Source: Myxococcota bacterium
GTDB taxonomy: Bacteria > Myxococcota_A > Polyangia > Nannocystales > Nannocystaceae
NCBI GenBank assembly: GCA_039194325.1
Contig: JBCCWC010000010.1
Location: 1-64,000, forward strand
Direction of reading: 5' to 3'
DNA length: 64,000 bases
Positions 31,258 through 41,147 of this stretch are shown here, piece by piece. Both the position numbers and the translations under genes were made by a program. The notes under the pieces are model-generated. The model was not told the DNA's origin. It ran no database searches and saw only the letters and a list, made by a program, of their open reading frames with translations. Position 1 is the first letter of the stretch. Each line of letters starts with the position of its first letter.

Positions 31258-31472
31258 GCGCTCCCAGCGTACTGTCGACGCACGGGGATGCTTCCACACC
31301 ACGGCGAGCGACGCCATGCCTGGCTGTCATGGTCGCGATGGCAGCCAGCGATGGCTCCAGGAGTCATCCGCGCTCGTTCGATTTCGGCTCGATCCACCGG
31401 CGTGCGGGTAGGTCCCGAGCAGGTGCTGGAGCGGGCAGTGGTCGACGCGATCGAATTGACGAGCTTTAGGGC

Positions 31473-32756
31473 ATGACCAATAGTGTCTGCTCAATGGCTC
31501 GGATGGCTCGGATGGCTCGGATGGCTTGGTTCTTGGGTCTTTGTGCCCTCCTGCTTGGTGGTTGCGATCGCGAATCTCCCGCGGAGGCCGAGGGCTCCGA
31601 CGTCCCGGGTGAGCACCTGGAGTCCGAGGTCGACAAGGGGCGGGCCGCGAAGGCAGGTGGGGCGAAGGCCGAGCCATCCCCCTCCGCTTCCCCCTCGGGC
31701 GAAGTCGCGCGAGGGCATTCCATGCTGTCGCCGGTGGCCCGGGCGAGGGCCGAGGCGGAGGAGGTCGAGCGCCGGGTTCGCCAGAAGCAGGCGCAGGAGC
31801 AGGAGCAGGAGCAACGCAAGCGGGAGCAGCTTGAAGCACGCCTGCACGAGCTGGACGAGGAGATGGCTCGTCGCGAGGGTCGGAGCCCCAAGGCCGCGCC
31901 ATCCAAGGCCGCAGCTCCGGTGGAGTCGGCCCCGATGTCACGTCCCGAGCCTGCGCTGGTGACCTTGGCCGCGCCGCCGTTCAAGTACACGTTGGTGCGG
32001 GAGGTACCGGTGTCGCAGGGGCCCGAGCCTGCGCTGAAGAAGATCTCGAACAAGCGCAACGCTATCACCGACGACGCCGCGTGGTTTGCCACCCACGGCT
32101 TGAGCCTCCCGGTGTGGGAGACGCCCTCGTCGTTCGGGACCAGCACCAGTGCCCTGCCGTCGCATGTGCCCGATGCCTATCGAGGCGAAGCGATCCAAGG
32201 GGCGATCCAAGGCAAGAGCAAGGTCACGAGCAAGGGCAGCGATCTCTCCATTGCGATCTACGCGGCGTCGGGGGCAGATCGTCGGGTCGTAGTGGTACGC
32301 GATGCCGTCGGCGATGCCCTGGGTGCGTTCGACTTTGGCGCCTACCGGCACGGCCCCAAGGACGTCCCCGCCGATCGAATGTTCAGCGAGCAAGAGGTCA
32401 CCTGGGCCCAGGTTCAGGATGGGGTGCTGTTCGCGTGTACGTCCCACCTCACCTACGCTCGTAGCTCGGGCGGGCTCAACGCGTTCATCACGGCCATCGA
32501 GCTGTCTAGCGGGGAGCTGATGTGGCAGAGCCAGCCGCTGGTCTGTAACTCGCGCAACTTCCTGCTGCGCGACGGCTGGATCATCACCGGGTATGGGTTC
32601 ACCGCCGAGCCCGACTTCCTCTACGTGCTCGATGCTCGCACGGGGAAGGTCGCGAGCACGATCAAGCTGAAGAGCGGCCCAAGCGTGATCTTGGCCAAGA
32701 GCGACGAGCTCTACGTGCGGACCTACAACCGCGACTACGTGTTCGAGCTGCGCTGA
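31473..32756 (+). CDS. Lipoprotein with coiled-coil and PQQ-like beta-propeller repeats
   Basis: Lipobox LLGGC; AIELSSGELMW and VLDARTGKV repeats. Confidence 0.75.
   Translation: MTNSVCSMARMARMARMAWFLGLCALLLGGCDRESPAEAEGSDVPGEHLESEVDKGRAAKAGGAKAEPSPSASPSGEVARGHSMLSPVARARAEAEEVERRVRQKQAQEQEQEQRKREQLEARLHELDEEMARREGRSPKAAPSKAAAPVESAPMSRPEPALVTLAAPPFKYTLVREVPVSQGPEPALKKISNKRNAITDDAAWFATHGLSLPVWETPSSFGTSTSALPSHVPDAYRGEAIQGAIQGKSKVTSKGSDLSIAIYAASGADRRVVVVRDAVGDALGAFDFGAYRHGPKDVPADRMFSEQEVTWAQVQDGVLFACTSHLTYARSSGGLNAFITAIELSSGELMWQSQPLVCNSRNFLLRDGWIITGYGFTAEPDFLYVLDARTGKVASTIKLKSGPSVILAKSDELYVRTYNRDYVFELR
31494..31529 (+). repeat. 9-bp tandem repeat x4 (ATGGCTCGG) in the signal peptide
   Basis: Encodes MAR-MAR-MAR-MAW; each unit contains an ATG. 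Confidence 0.85.
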
Positions 32757-32862
32757 TCATGCCTCGGGGAGCGCTCGGGGCCGTGACCGAGCCAGCGCGG
32801 CGCGATCCGAGCTTGCGCTCGCGTGGACGGATCTCTACAAGATCGAAGGCAGTCGGTCCTAC

Positions 32863-33495
32863 ATGAGCGACGATCGAGATCTTGTGATGGCCTGGCGGGC
32901 GGGAGACGCTGCTGCGGGTGAGCGCTTGGTGCAGCGGCACCTCGAGTCGATCCATCGGTTCTTTTCCAACAAGGTTCGGGGCTCGGTGGACGACCTGGTC
33001 CAAAAGACCTTCCTTGCCTGTGTGGAGTCGGTCGAGGGTTTCGAGGGGCGCTCGAGCTTCCGCTCGTATCTGTTCGCCATCGCGCGTAACGTGCTATATA
33101 GGCACTATCGCGATGGTGACGAGCGGCTCGATCCGCTGACGGTCTCGGCCGCGGCGACGATGGCCGATCAGCGCTCGGTCGCCGACCGAGTGGCGACCCG
33201 CGAGGAGCAGCGCCTCTTGCTCCTCGCGCTGCGCAACCTCCCGCTCGAGCTACAGACCATGCTAGAGCTGGCCTACTGGGAGGGGCTGGCCGATCGCGAG
33301 CTCGCGGAGGTCTTGCAGATCCCCGTGGGGACGGTCAAGAGTCGGCTGCGGAAGGCTCGCTCGTTGCTCGACCAAGAGCTCACCCGTCGGGCGACGTCCC
33401 CCGCCCTGCTGGAGTCCAGCCGCCACACGCTGCACGCGTGGGCGGCCGGGATCCGCGAGCAGACCGGGATCGAGGGGGGTAAGGGTCGACGCTGA
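32863..33495 (+). CDS. ECF sigma factor
   Basis: DRDLVMAWRAGD, DDLVQKTF, SSFRSYLFAIARN and PVGTVKSRLR. Paralog of the gene at 6967-7629. Confidence 0.9.
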   Translation: MSDDRDLVMAWRAGDAAAGERLVQRHLESIHRFFSNKVRGSVDDLVQKTFLACVESVEGFEGRSSFRSYLFAIARNVLYRHYRDGDERLDPLTVSAAATMADQRSVADRVATREEQRLLLLALRNLPLELQTMLELAYWEGLADRELAEVLQIPVGTVKSRLRKARSLLDQELTRRATSPALLESSRHTLHAWAAGIREQTGIEGGKGRR

Positions 33496-33509
33496 GGGGC
33501 GCGGCCGGC

Positions 33510-34616
33510 TCAGTGGCAGCAGGTCCCGCTGTTCCACAGGGCGGTCCCGCCCGAGTACACCACCAGGTTGCCGTCGTCCTGCAGCGCCAAGAAGCTCCCC
33601 GGATTTCCATAGGTGTGGGCGTGCCAGAGTGCGGCTCCGTTTGTGCTGTAAAGGACGAGGTTGCCGTCTTCTTGCATGACCAGTCCGCTGGCTGACTGGC
33701 CGTGCGTGCCGGTGTACCACAGCGCCGCGCCGCCCCTGTAAAGGACGAGGTTGCCGTCGCCCTGCATGGCCAGGCTGAAGCGACCGTCGCACGAGCGTAG
33801 CTCTTGTCCGGGATGCAGCACGTCGTTGGCCATCATCAGGCCGCAGTCGCCTGAAGGGGGCGGAGGAGGGGGCGGAGGAGGAGGCGGCGGGGGCGGAGCC
33901 GCCCCGCATGCGGTCGGGCTGGTCTGCCGGAGTAGCTCGATAGGGTTGATGTCGTTGCTGTAGCTGCCGTTGGGAGACACGTTGAAGTGCAGGTGTGTCG
34001 AGGCGGTTCCGGTGGCTCCCATGTACCCGATCCGTTCGCCGGCCGAGACCCACTGGCCCGGGACGACCGTAGCCTCGTCGAGGTGCCCATAGTAGTACTC
34101 CCAGCCGCACGCGTCGCGCAGGCGCACCCGGATCCCCGAGGTATCACTGACCACACCCACGCGCTCCACGACGCCATCGGAGACCGCGACCAGGTCGGCG
34201 CGATGATGGGCGAATACGTCGATCCCGTGGTGATCCCCGCCCCAGTCCGAGTTGGCGTTGACGTCGGGACACGACACCTCACAGGTGCCCGAGCCGCACG
34301 ATGCATGGTCGTAGCCGATGTTGTGGGGAGCGGCGACCGGAAAGACGTTCATCGTTGGATCGCAGCTGACGAACTCGATCGGGTCGAGCTCTGCGTCCTC
34401 GGAATCTGCCGGTTCTGCGTCTGTCTCGCTCGACCCGTCGAGTCCCTCTTCTTCCTCGGCTCCAGCCCAGGCCTCGTCGTCGCGGCCGCTGTCGGTCGCG
34501 CAGCCGACGGCCAGCGACAAGGACACCGCCAGCGGGGCTCCCACTGCCGCGCAGAGCAGGGCGGGCACTAGGCGGTGATGATTGAGTGAGCGCAACGGGT
34601 TTGCGATCAAGCGCAT
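33510..34616 (-). CDS. Lipoprotein: M23 peptidase, poly-Pro linker and bulb-type (GNA-like) lectin domain
   Basis: Lipobox AVGC; HHGID, YGHL and HLH; three QxDxNxVxY motifs (QGDGNLVLY, QEDGNLVLY, QDDGNLVVY). Confidence 0.9.
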   Translation of the reverse strand: MRLIANPLRSLNHHRLVPALLCAAVGAPLAVSLSLAVGCATDSGRDDEAWAGAEEEEGLDGSSETDAEPADSEDAELDPIEFVSCDPTMNVFPVAAPHNIGYDHASCGSGTCEVSCPDVNANSDWGGDHHGIDVFAHHRADLVAVSDGVVERVGVVSDTSGIRVRLRDACGWEYYYGHLDEATVVPGQWVSAGERIGYMGATGTASTHLHFNVSPNGSYSNDINPIELLRQTSPTACGAAPPPPPPPPPPPPPPSGDCGLMMANDVLHPGQELRSCDGRFSLAMQGDGNLVLYRGGAALWYTGTHGQSASGLVMQEDGNLVLYSTNGAALWHAHTYGNPGSFLALQDDGNLVVYSGGTALWNSGTCCH

Positions 34617-34769
34617 GAAACGACCTTCCTTCATCGTGACGACCGAGTGCGTCGGTCATCCCGGTGGTTCCAGGCCGTCACCTTGGGTTTAAACGTCGCG
34701 TCGAATTCTCGGCTGCTTCGGCAAGCAAGCGATGTACGTAGCCCGTGGCACCCTTGGTGCACGTGCCGG

Positions 34770-37037
34770 TCAAGGCTCGGGCGGGATCGGCACCGAGGGC
34801 TTCGGCGGTGGCGTTCCGCCCAGGGCTTCGATGGCCGCTCGTACGCGCTCGGCCGTGGGCACGTAGATCACCCCGGCGCCGTCGTAGATCCGGGCCGCGC
34901 GCTCGTACTCACGGAGTGCCTCTTGTCGCCCCTGGGCCCCCTTGGCCTCGTAGATCTCCCCTTTGAGCTCGTGCCCCATGGCGACCGCGGAGTTGCCGGC
35001 GCCCAGCCGGTTGGTGAACAGCTCGATCGAGCGATCGAGGTAGTGCAGCCCCTGCTCGTGGCGACCGAGCTTGCCCAGCACGCGGCCCATGTTGCCGTAG
35101 GAGCGGCCCAGGTCGAGGTGCGTGGAGTCGAGGATCGCCTCGCGGATCTCGAGTGCTCGCTCGTGCTGTAGCAGGGCCTCGTCGAAGCGGCCCTGCCGGG
35201 TGAGGAACACGCCCAGGTTGTCGACGGCCGCGGCGAGCGTGGGCGAGCGTGGGCCGTCGTTGGCGGCGAACATCGGGATCGCGCGCCGTAGCACGGCGAT
35301 CGCCTCCTCCGCCTCTCCGCTGGTGTAGAGCTCCTTGGCCAGTTGCCTGAGGATCGATGCGTGGATCGAGCGGTTGGCCCGGTCGCTGCGCTCGAGGTGG
35401 CCCAGGGCCTCTCGCAGCACCTCGATGGCCCCGGCGGTGTCGCGCTCGCGAGACATCAAGCCCGCCACGCTGGACATGTACGGTGGGTGCTGCCGGGGAT
35501 CGGCGCCGGCGCGTTCGAATGCGACCTCGGCGTGGCCCTTCCAGCGGTGCGCATCCTCGTACTCGTCGGCTTGATAGCCCCACAGCCCGACGAGCTCGCT
35601 GGCCGCGTGGGCCATCAGGAGCGGGAGATCGTGGTCTTGGGCCAGGAAGTAGGCCTCGTTGATGATCGGGATCGCGTGCTCGTAGTCGGTGGCTAGCGAC
35701 AGCGCCCGACCGCGGAGCAACAGCACCTGAGCCAGGGTCGGCCCATGCTCGACCGCCCGGGCACGATCGAGCAGGGATTGTGAGAGCTCCAGGGCGGCGT
35801 CGAGCTTGGCCGTGGCCACCAGCCCCTCCAGCTCGGTCGTTCGGGTCGCGAGCTTGGCGAGGCTCGGATCGAGGTTCGGATCGAGGCTCGGATCGAGGTT
35901 CGGATCGAGGTTCGGATCGAGGCTCGGATCGAGGCTCGGATCGGGTGACGACTCGGCGGCTGCAACGGGGGTCGTCTCGGGCCGCTCGGCTCGGCTCCCC
36001 GCCAGCCCTGCCGCCAGCAGTCCCCCCGCTCCAAGGGCGGCACCCAGCCACCACCGCGAGCGCCGGGGCCGTAGCCCCGCTTCGAGCGCGGCTACGAGCT
36101 GGTCTAGATCGGCAAAGCGCTCCTCGGGTCGGCGGGCCAGGCCCCGCAGTACCGCCGCGCCGATCGGCGGCGGGACGCCGCGGCGGTTACGGGGCAGCGA
36201 CGGCTCGTTGCCGCGGAGCGTGGCCGTCAGCTCGCCGAGCGTAGTGGCCGTGAACGGTCGTTTGCCGAACAGGCCCTCGTAGAGGGTCACGCACAGCGAG
36301 TACTGGTCGCCGCGGGGGGTTACTTCGCCGGCGAACGCCTCGGGAGCCATATAGGCCGGCGTTCCGAGGGCGCCCCCCGTAGGGGTGTGCACGGTGTCGC
36401 TGCCGAGGGGACGGTCGGTGCGTATCGTGGATGATGGATCGTCGACCGTGCGTGCGAGCCCGAAGTCGACCACGCGCACCCGGCCGTCGGCGCCCAGCAG
36501 CGCGTTGTCGGGCTTGAAGTCGCGGTGGACGATCCCTGCTCGGTGGGCGGCCTCCAGCCCTCGCGCGGCCTGGAGCATCACCTCCACTACTTCGTGCCAT
36601 GGTCGGCGCTCCTGGGCGAGCCAGTCGCGCACGCTGTGGCCCTCGACCAGCTCCATCACCAGGTAGGGCGAGGGAGGATCGTCGTCGGTAACGCCAGTCT
36701 CGAACACCGAGACCACGTTGGGATGCGAGAGCGACGCGAGCAACTGGGCTTCGCGGACGACCCGGGCGATCTCCGAGGCGGAGCGAACCGTGACGAGCTT
36801 CACTGCTACCATTCGGTCGAGCTCGGCGTCCTTCGCCTCGAAGACGGTCCCGAAATTACCCGAGCCGATCGGGCTCCCCAGCTGGTAGCGTCCCACTCGG
36901 GTTGGCCGCTTGTGTACGACCGAGGCCACGACGCGGGCCTGCAGCTCGGCGAGGGCGCTGCCCACCTGCGGCCGGCCAGCGCGCAGGCGATGGTCGATCG
37001 CGTCGGTGCCGTCAGTGTTCTGCGTCGAGGAGCTCAT
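34770..37037 (-). CDS. Ser/Thr protein kinase with TM segment and TPRs
   Basis: GSGNFG, VAVK, HRDFKPDN, DFGLA, GTPAYMAPE, and TPRs. Start codon uncertain. Confidence 0.9.
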   Translation of the reverse strand: MSSSTQNTDGTDAIDHRLRAGRPQVGSALAELQARVVASVVHKRPTRVGRYQLGSPIGSGNFGTVFEAKDAELDRMVAVKLVTVRSASEIARVVREAQLLASLSHPNVVSVFETGVTDDDPPSPYLVMELVEGHSVRDWLAQERRPWHEVVEVMLQAARGLEAAHRAGIVHRDFKPDNALLGADGRVRVVDFGLARTVDDPSSTIRTDRPLGSDTVHTPTGGALGTPAYMAPEAFAGEVTPRGDQYSLCVTLYEGLFGKRPFTATTLGELTATLRGNEPSLPRNRRGVPPPIGAAVLRGLARRPEERFADLDQLVAALEAGLRPRRSRWWLGAALGAGGLLAAGLAGSRAERPETTPVAAAESSPDPSLDPSLDPNLDPNLDPSLDPNLDPSLAKLATRTTELEGLVATAKLDAALELSQSLLDRARAVEHGPTLAQVLLLRGRALSLATDYEHAIPIINEAYFLAQDHDLPLLMAHAASELVGLWGYQADEYEDAHRWKGHAEVAFERAGADPRQHPPYMSSVAGLMSRERDTAGAIEVLREALGHLERSDRANRSIHASILRQLAKELYTSGEAEEAIAVLRRAIPMFAANDGPRSPTLAAAVDNLGVFLTRQGRFDEALLQHERALEIREAILDSTHLDLGRSYGNMGRVLGKLGRHEQGLHYLDRSIELFTNRLGAGNSAVAMGHELKGEIYEAKGAQGRQEALREYERAARIYDGAGVIYVPTAERVRAAIEALGGTPPPKPSVPIPPEP
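35859..35942. repeat. 12-bp tandem repeat x7 (DPSL/DPNL)
   Basis: GAGG(C/T)TCGGATC units in frame in the kinase linker. Confidence 0.92.
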
Positions 37038-37998
37038 CGGAGGCGGGATCGCGGATCGCCGACCAGTATAGGGCATGTCTTTCGTAGTGTCGGGGTCGGA
37101 GCGTGGATCGGCTCCATGCCGGAGGAGCACGGTGCAGGGCGACCGGGGGCGTCGATTGTGCCGCGGGAGCAAGCCCGGCCCAGGCCTGAAGCGGGTCTGG
37201 GTCGAGCTCGAATACCATCGGAGGGTCGATCCATCCATATTGATCGACCCGTCGGATCGACGTTCGCCGGTCTATAAGTGAGTACGAAACGTCATACCAA
37301 CTGGAATCGAAGCTCTGCTTGGTGAAGCTCCACCCTGCGATGATCTATAGGGGGGACGCCGTGCTCCTCCAGCATGGCCCGAATGAATATGGTGAGATCG
37401 ATTTCTTCTGTCGCGGGTACTTCGCCGCGAAAGTGGGCCATGCATTCTGCGCGCCGTTTGTGCGCGGGTTGTACCCTTTCTCGCTGTTGTTGTTAGTGAC
37501 GGGGCATTCCGAAATAGGTCAGCGGCAGACCAAGAAATTTATCGACGACGATCGGAAACGGTTTAATGACCCTCCAACATCGTTCTGAAGCGATTGCGCG
37601 ATTTGCGCAAGCCGGAATCTCCAAGAGCGTCTCGGCTTTATTTCGTTGGATTTCTCCACTTGGTTCCGAAAGCGAGGTCGGGTGTCACTCATGACCCTAA
37701 AGACCCCGACGAAGCCGCGGCCGTCGTGAGTCGGGCTTCAATCCCATGTCGAGGGTTTCCCGCCTGCATGAATTTCCGTCTCGCATGAGTAACCCATCGC
37801 CTCTCCCGGGGTTGGTGTCGCGAGCGATCCGAGGATGTCGATGTACTGCATCACTGGCCCAATACGAGCATTTGTTGCTCCAAACGTCCCAACTTTGCCT
37901 TGCTCGAACGATCGTCCGACTTCACCAATTCGACGATGCTCGATACGCGAGAGTCGCGAGAGTCGGAGGCAAGTGTTCACCCGAGTATGAGGCTTACC

Positions 37999-38511
37999 AT
38001 GAAACGTAAACTCTTTCCCGGTGAGCGTGAGCTTCAGTCGATCGGAAACATTACGCTGACGAGCCACCGGGTCATCTCCCACTCGCAGCGCGGTGCGGTC
38101 GGGACCTCACGCACGATCTTGCTGGAGAATGTCGAGGGCACCGGCCTCGAGCGCGTGGGTCCGCGGCGGGTGCTCCTGCTGGCGGTCTCTCTGGTCCTGT
38201 TGGTCTCCATCGTGTCGAGCTCGGCGGTCTTCGTCAACCTCTCGGTGCTGCTGTTGCTGGTGCCGGTGGGCTTGGCGATGTTGTTCCTGTGCTTCATCGA
38301 GAAGACGCGACTGTTCCTAAGCATCGCCTCCAGCCGTACGGACATCGTGATCGCGCTCGACGGGCAACGATGGCGAGAGACCCGTGATTTCCTCGACCGA
38401 GTCGACCGAGAGGCGGCGAGGGCTCGGGCTCGTGCGTCCCTCATGCCTCCGGGGGTTCCTCAGCGGGAGCGGATGCTGGGGTCGGCCGAAGGAGGGCCTG
38501 TCGATGCATGA
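37999..38511 (+). CDS. Hypothetical two-TM membrane protein
   Basis: GAGG RBS, two hydrophobic helices, and an LTSHRVI segment. Its stop overlaps the next start. Confidence 0.6.
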   Translation: MKRKLFPGERELQSIGNITLTSHRVISHSQRGAVGTSRTILLENVEGTGLERVGPRRVLLLAVSLVLLVSIVSSSAVFVNLSVLLLLVPVGLAMLFLCFIEKTRLFLSIASSRTDIVIALDGQRWRETRDFLDRVDREAARARARASLMPPGVPQRERMLGSAEGGPVDA

Positions 38512-39652
38512 CTCGGGCACGGGTGATCGGGATCTCGATGATGACGAGGACGAGGCCCCCGAGGGGGCTGCGAAGAGCCGGGTCGACGAACTCCTCGAGG
38601 GGGCGGCGGCGGGCGAAGACGACGATCGGCTCGATGCCGGCGATCGGAAGATGCTCGCCGACATCACGGCCAAGGTCCTCGGCACTACGGCCCCGCAGGT
38701 ACGGATCGGTCGCTTCCGCGTACTGCGTGAGCTTGGCCAGGGGAGCATGGGTAAAGTCTATGCCGCGCTCGATCCTCACTCGAGTCGCATCATCACGCTG
38801 AAGGTTCACCCGAGCGCCGAGCCTTCCGAGCGTGAGCGCCGGCGCATGCTCCAGGAAGCGAGGGCCCTCGCGCAGCTTCAGCACGACAACGTCGTGCGCG
38901 TGTACGAGGCGGGGGAGCATCGCGGGCAGATCTTCGTGGCCATGGAGCTCGTCGAGGGGCGTACCCTCCGCGAGATCCAAGACGAGCGCCCGTCGCGATC
39001 CTGGCGAGACTTGGTCTCCTTGTACCTGATGGCCGGCCGTGGGCTGCAGGCCGCTCACGACCAGCAGATCGTCCATCGTGATTTCAAGCCCTCCAGCGTG
39101 GTGGTCGGTGTCGACGATCGGGTGCAGGTCTTCGACTTCGGGCTCGCGCGAGCGCCGGCCTATGTGGCCCCCGAGCTGTTCGAGTGGGCAGCAAGGGCCA
39201 CGGCCCGTAGCGATCAGTTCAGCTTCTGCGCTGCGCTCTACGAGGCGGTGTATGGCCAGCGGCCGTTCGAGGCGGTGTGCGGAGGCGAGCTACGGCCACC
39301 GCCCAGGGGCAGCTCGCCTCCGTCGTGGCTGTTCGGGATCCTTCGAAAGGGACTGTCGGTCGCGCCCGAGGATCGTCACCCGTCGATGGAGGTGTTGCTG
39401 CAAGAGATCGAGCATCGCCTGACATCCCGCTGGAAGACGTGGCTCACGTTGTTACTGCCTTTGGGGGCCGTGGCTGTGCTCGACGCGAGTATTCTCCTCG
39501 GTTTTGGGCAGGCCCGCGGTGCGGACCGAATCGACGCGTCCGACTGGTACCGCGTCGAGCTCACCGAAGCGGTGCGAATGAGAAGCTCGATGCCTCCAAA
39601 TTGCCGACCGCCGGGCCACGGGAGCGCGAAGGTTCCTCGCCCAGGGGCGTGA
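38504..39652 (+). CDS. Degenerate Ser/Thr kinase (pseudokinase or decaying gene)
   Basis: GQGSMG and HRDFKPSS (catalytic-loop Asn replaced). DFGLA runs almost directly into PAYVAPE. TM segment followed by only a short tail. Confidence 0.7.
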   Translation: MHDSGTGDRDLDDDEDEAPEGAAKSRVDELLEGAAAGEDDDRLDAGDRKMLADITAKVLGTTAPQVRIGRFRVLRELGQGSMGKVYAALDPHSSRIITLKVHPSAEPSERERRRMLQEARALAQLQHDNVVRVYEAGEHRGQIFVAMELVEGRTLREIQDERPSRSWRDLVSLYLMAGRGLQAAHDQQIVHRDFKPSSVVVGVDDRVQVFDFGLARAPAYVAPELFEWAARATARSDQFSFCAALYEAVYGQRPFEAVCGGELRPPPRGSSPPSWLFGILRKGLSVAPEDRHPSMEVLLQEIEHRLTSRWKTWLTLLLPLGAVAVLDASILLGFGQARGADRIDASDWYRVELTEAVRMRSSMPPNCRPPGHGSAKVPRPGA

Positions 39653-39848
39653 CCACGGTCACATTGGTCACATCCGAAGGCGACGACGACGGTGCACGGG
39701 CCTCGCCCGAGATCGAGCGCTCCGATGGTTCGTGGGCCTCGGTCATCGCTTGGGCGTGGGCGACGGGCACCGTGACTCCACACGACACACCGGTCGCGAA
39801 GACGCCGAGAATGCACAGCGAGAGGCCGATGGTGCGCCGGGTGGTCAC
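39561..39848 (-). CDS. Small putative secreted protein (may be truncated)
   Basis: Signal-peptide-like N-terminus ending AHA-Q. Overlaps the kinase 3' end. Confidence 0.35.
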   Translation of the reverse strand: MTTRRTIGLSLCILGVFATGVSCGVTVPVAHAQAMTEAHEPSERSISGEARAPSSSPSDVTNVTVVTPLGEEPSRSRGPAVGNLEASSFSFAPLR

Positions 39849-40031
39849 GTCGGGCTGTGGAACGCCCTTGCTCCCCGATCGATTGCCTCCATCGAGGGTT
39901 TTTTTTCGAGGGCTCCACGAAAAAGTTTTTGAATATCTAGATGACGATGGCGTCCATCCGCGCGGCCTCCCGCCGCTGTATCTGCCGGGTGATCCGGCGC
40001 GGCTGTACCAGTGTTCGGGCTGGCGGTCGGC

Positions 40032-41147
40032 CTAGCGGTCGGGCCACAGCCGCAGTCCCAGGTTGAAGCTCAGCACCGTCTCGCGGCGATCTCCCAGCGC
40101 GGGCCCGGTCACCTGCTGCCGGACCCCTACGCCGAGGTCTACCCCCATCCCGCCTTGCTTGGCGGGCTTGATGTACGCCAGCCCGCCAGCCACGTAGATG
40201 CGGTCGTCGTCCTTGCCCTTGCCTCGCCCGTCCCACAGCGTGCCGAAGCGCAAGGGCACGGGTCCCAGCACGAACTCCGCGCTCCCGCCCAGGACCGTGC
40301 GGGTGTGATCCTCGAAGCGGTACGAGCTCAGATCGTACATCCCGTCGAAGTTCAGGCTGAAGTCGGGGTGATGCAGCGGGAACACCGAGAGCCCGTGCTC
40401 GATGGTGAAGGGGAAGTCGGAGATCTCCGCGACGGTCCCGCTGTCGACCGTCCCTTCTTGCGCTCCGGCGTCACCGAGCTCGAGCTCGCGCTCGTCGGTG
40501 AATGGAGGCGGGTGATTGCCCACGATGTTGTTGACCATGCCCGAGACCGCCGCCCAGCCGGCAAAGTTGACGGTGGTGCTCATGTCGAGCCCAAAGGTGC
40601 TCAGCCGGTTGTGGGCATCTCGAGCCACGCCCGTCGAGTCCCGGTAGCGGAGGCTGGAGAACTGGTACTTGGGCTTGGCCGCGATGGCGAGCCAGCCCTT
40701 GACCACGTTGACGCTGATCGCGGCGAAGGTTTCGTGGGCGACGTGGACCAGCTCGAGGTCGGTGTCGGGCGTGCTGCTGCCATCGGCGGGCACGCGGACC
40801 GGATCTTCAGTGGTGCGGGTGAACGATACGGTGGGAGAGCCTCGCATCACCAGATAGCCCACACCCACCGACAGCCACGGATTGTTGAGTGAGTCCATCA
40901 GCACGAAGCCGATCCCGTGTCGCCGGCCCTGGACCCCGAACTGATAGATCGGCTCGATCGCAAAGGTCTGTGCGAAGGACATGTTGGACGGGTTGATGAG
41001 CGCGGCGTTGGTCCCAAAGGACGACGAGCGGGCCACGCTGCCCAGCGAGAGGTTTCGGGTCCCCTCCACGCCCGGGTGAGCCTGGGCCGAGGTGGGCACG
41101 GTCAGCGCGATGCCGAGCGCAATGCCGAGCGGAGCGAGTCGTCGCAT
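40032..41147 (-). CDS. Putative outer-membrane beta-barrel protein
   Basis: Sec signal ending AQA; NAALINPSNM; alternating amphipathic strands; C-terminal LSFNLGLRLW. Confidence 0.65.
   Translation of the reverse strand: MRRLAPLGIALGIALTVPTSAQAHPGVEGTRNLSLGSVARSSSFGTNAALINPSNMSFAQTFAIEPIYQFGVQGRRHGIGFVLMDSLNNPWLSVGVGYLVMRGSPTVSFTRTTEDPVRVPADGSSTPDTDLELVHVAHETFAAISVNVVKGWLAIAAKPKYQFSSLRYRDSTGVARDAHNRLSTFGLDMSTTVNFAGWAAVSGMVNNIVGNHPPPFTDERELELGDAGAQEGTVDSGTVAEISDFPFTIEHGLSVFPLHHPDFSLNFDGMYDLSSYRFEDHTRTVLGGSAEFVLGPVPLRFGTLWDGRGKGKDDDRIYVAGGLAYIKPAKQGGMGVDLGVGVRQQVTGPALGDRRETVLSFNLGLRLWPDR

Noticed and set aside
37319..37588. 89-aa ORF in the low-GC gap
   Set aside because: No RBS or motif, and the strand is ambiguous.
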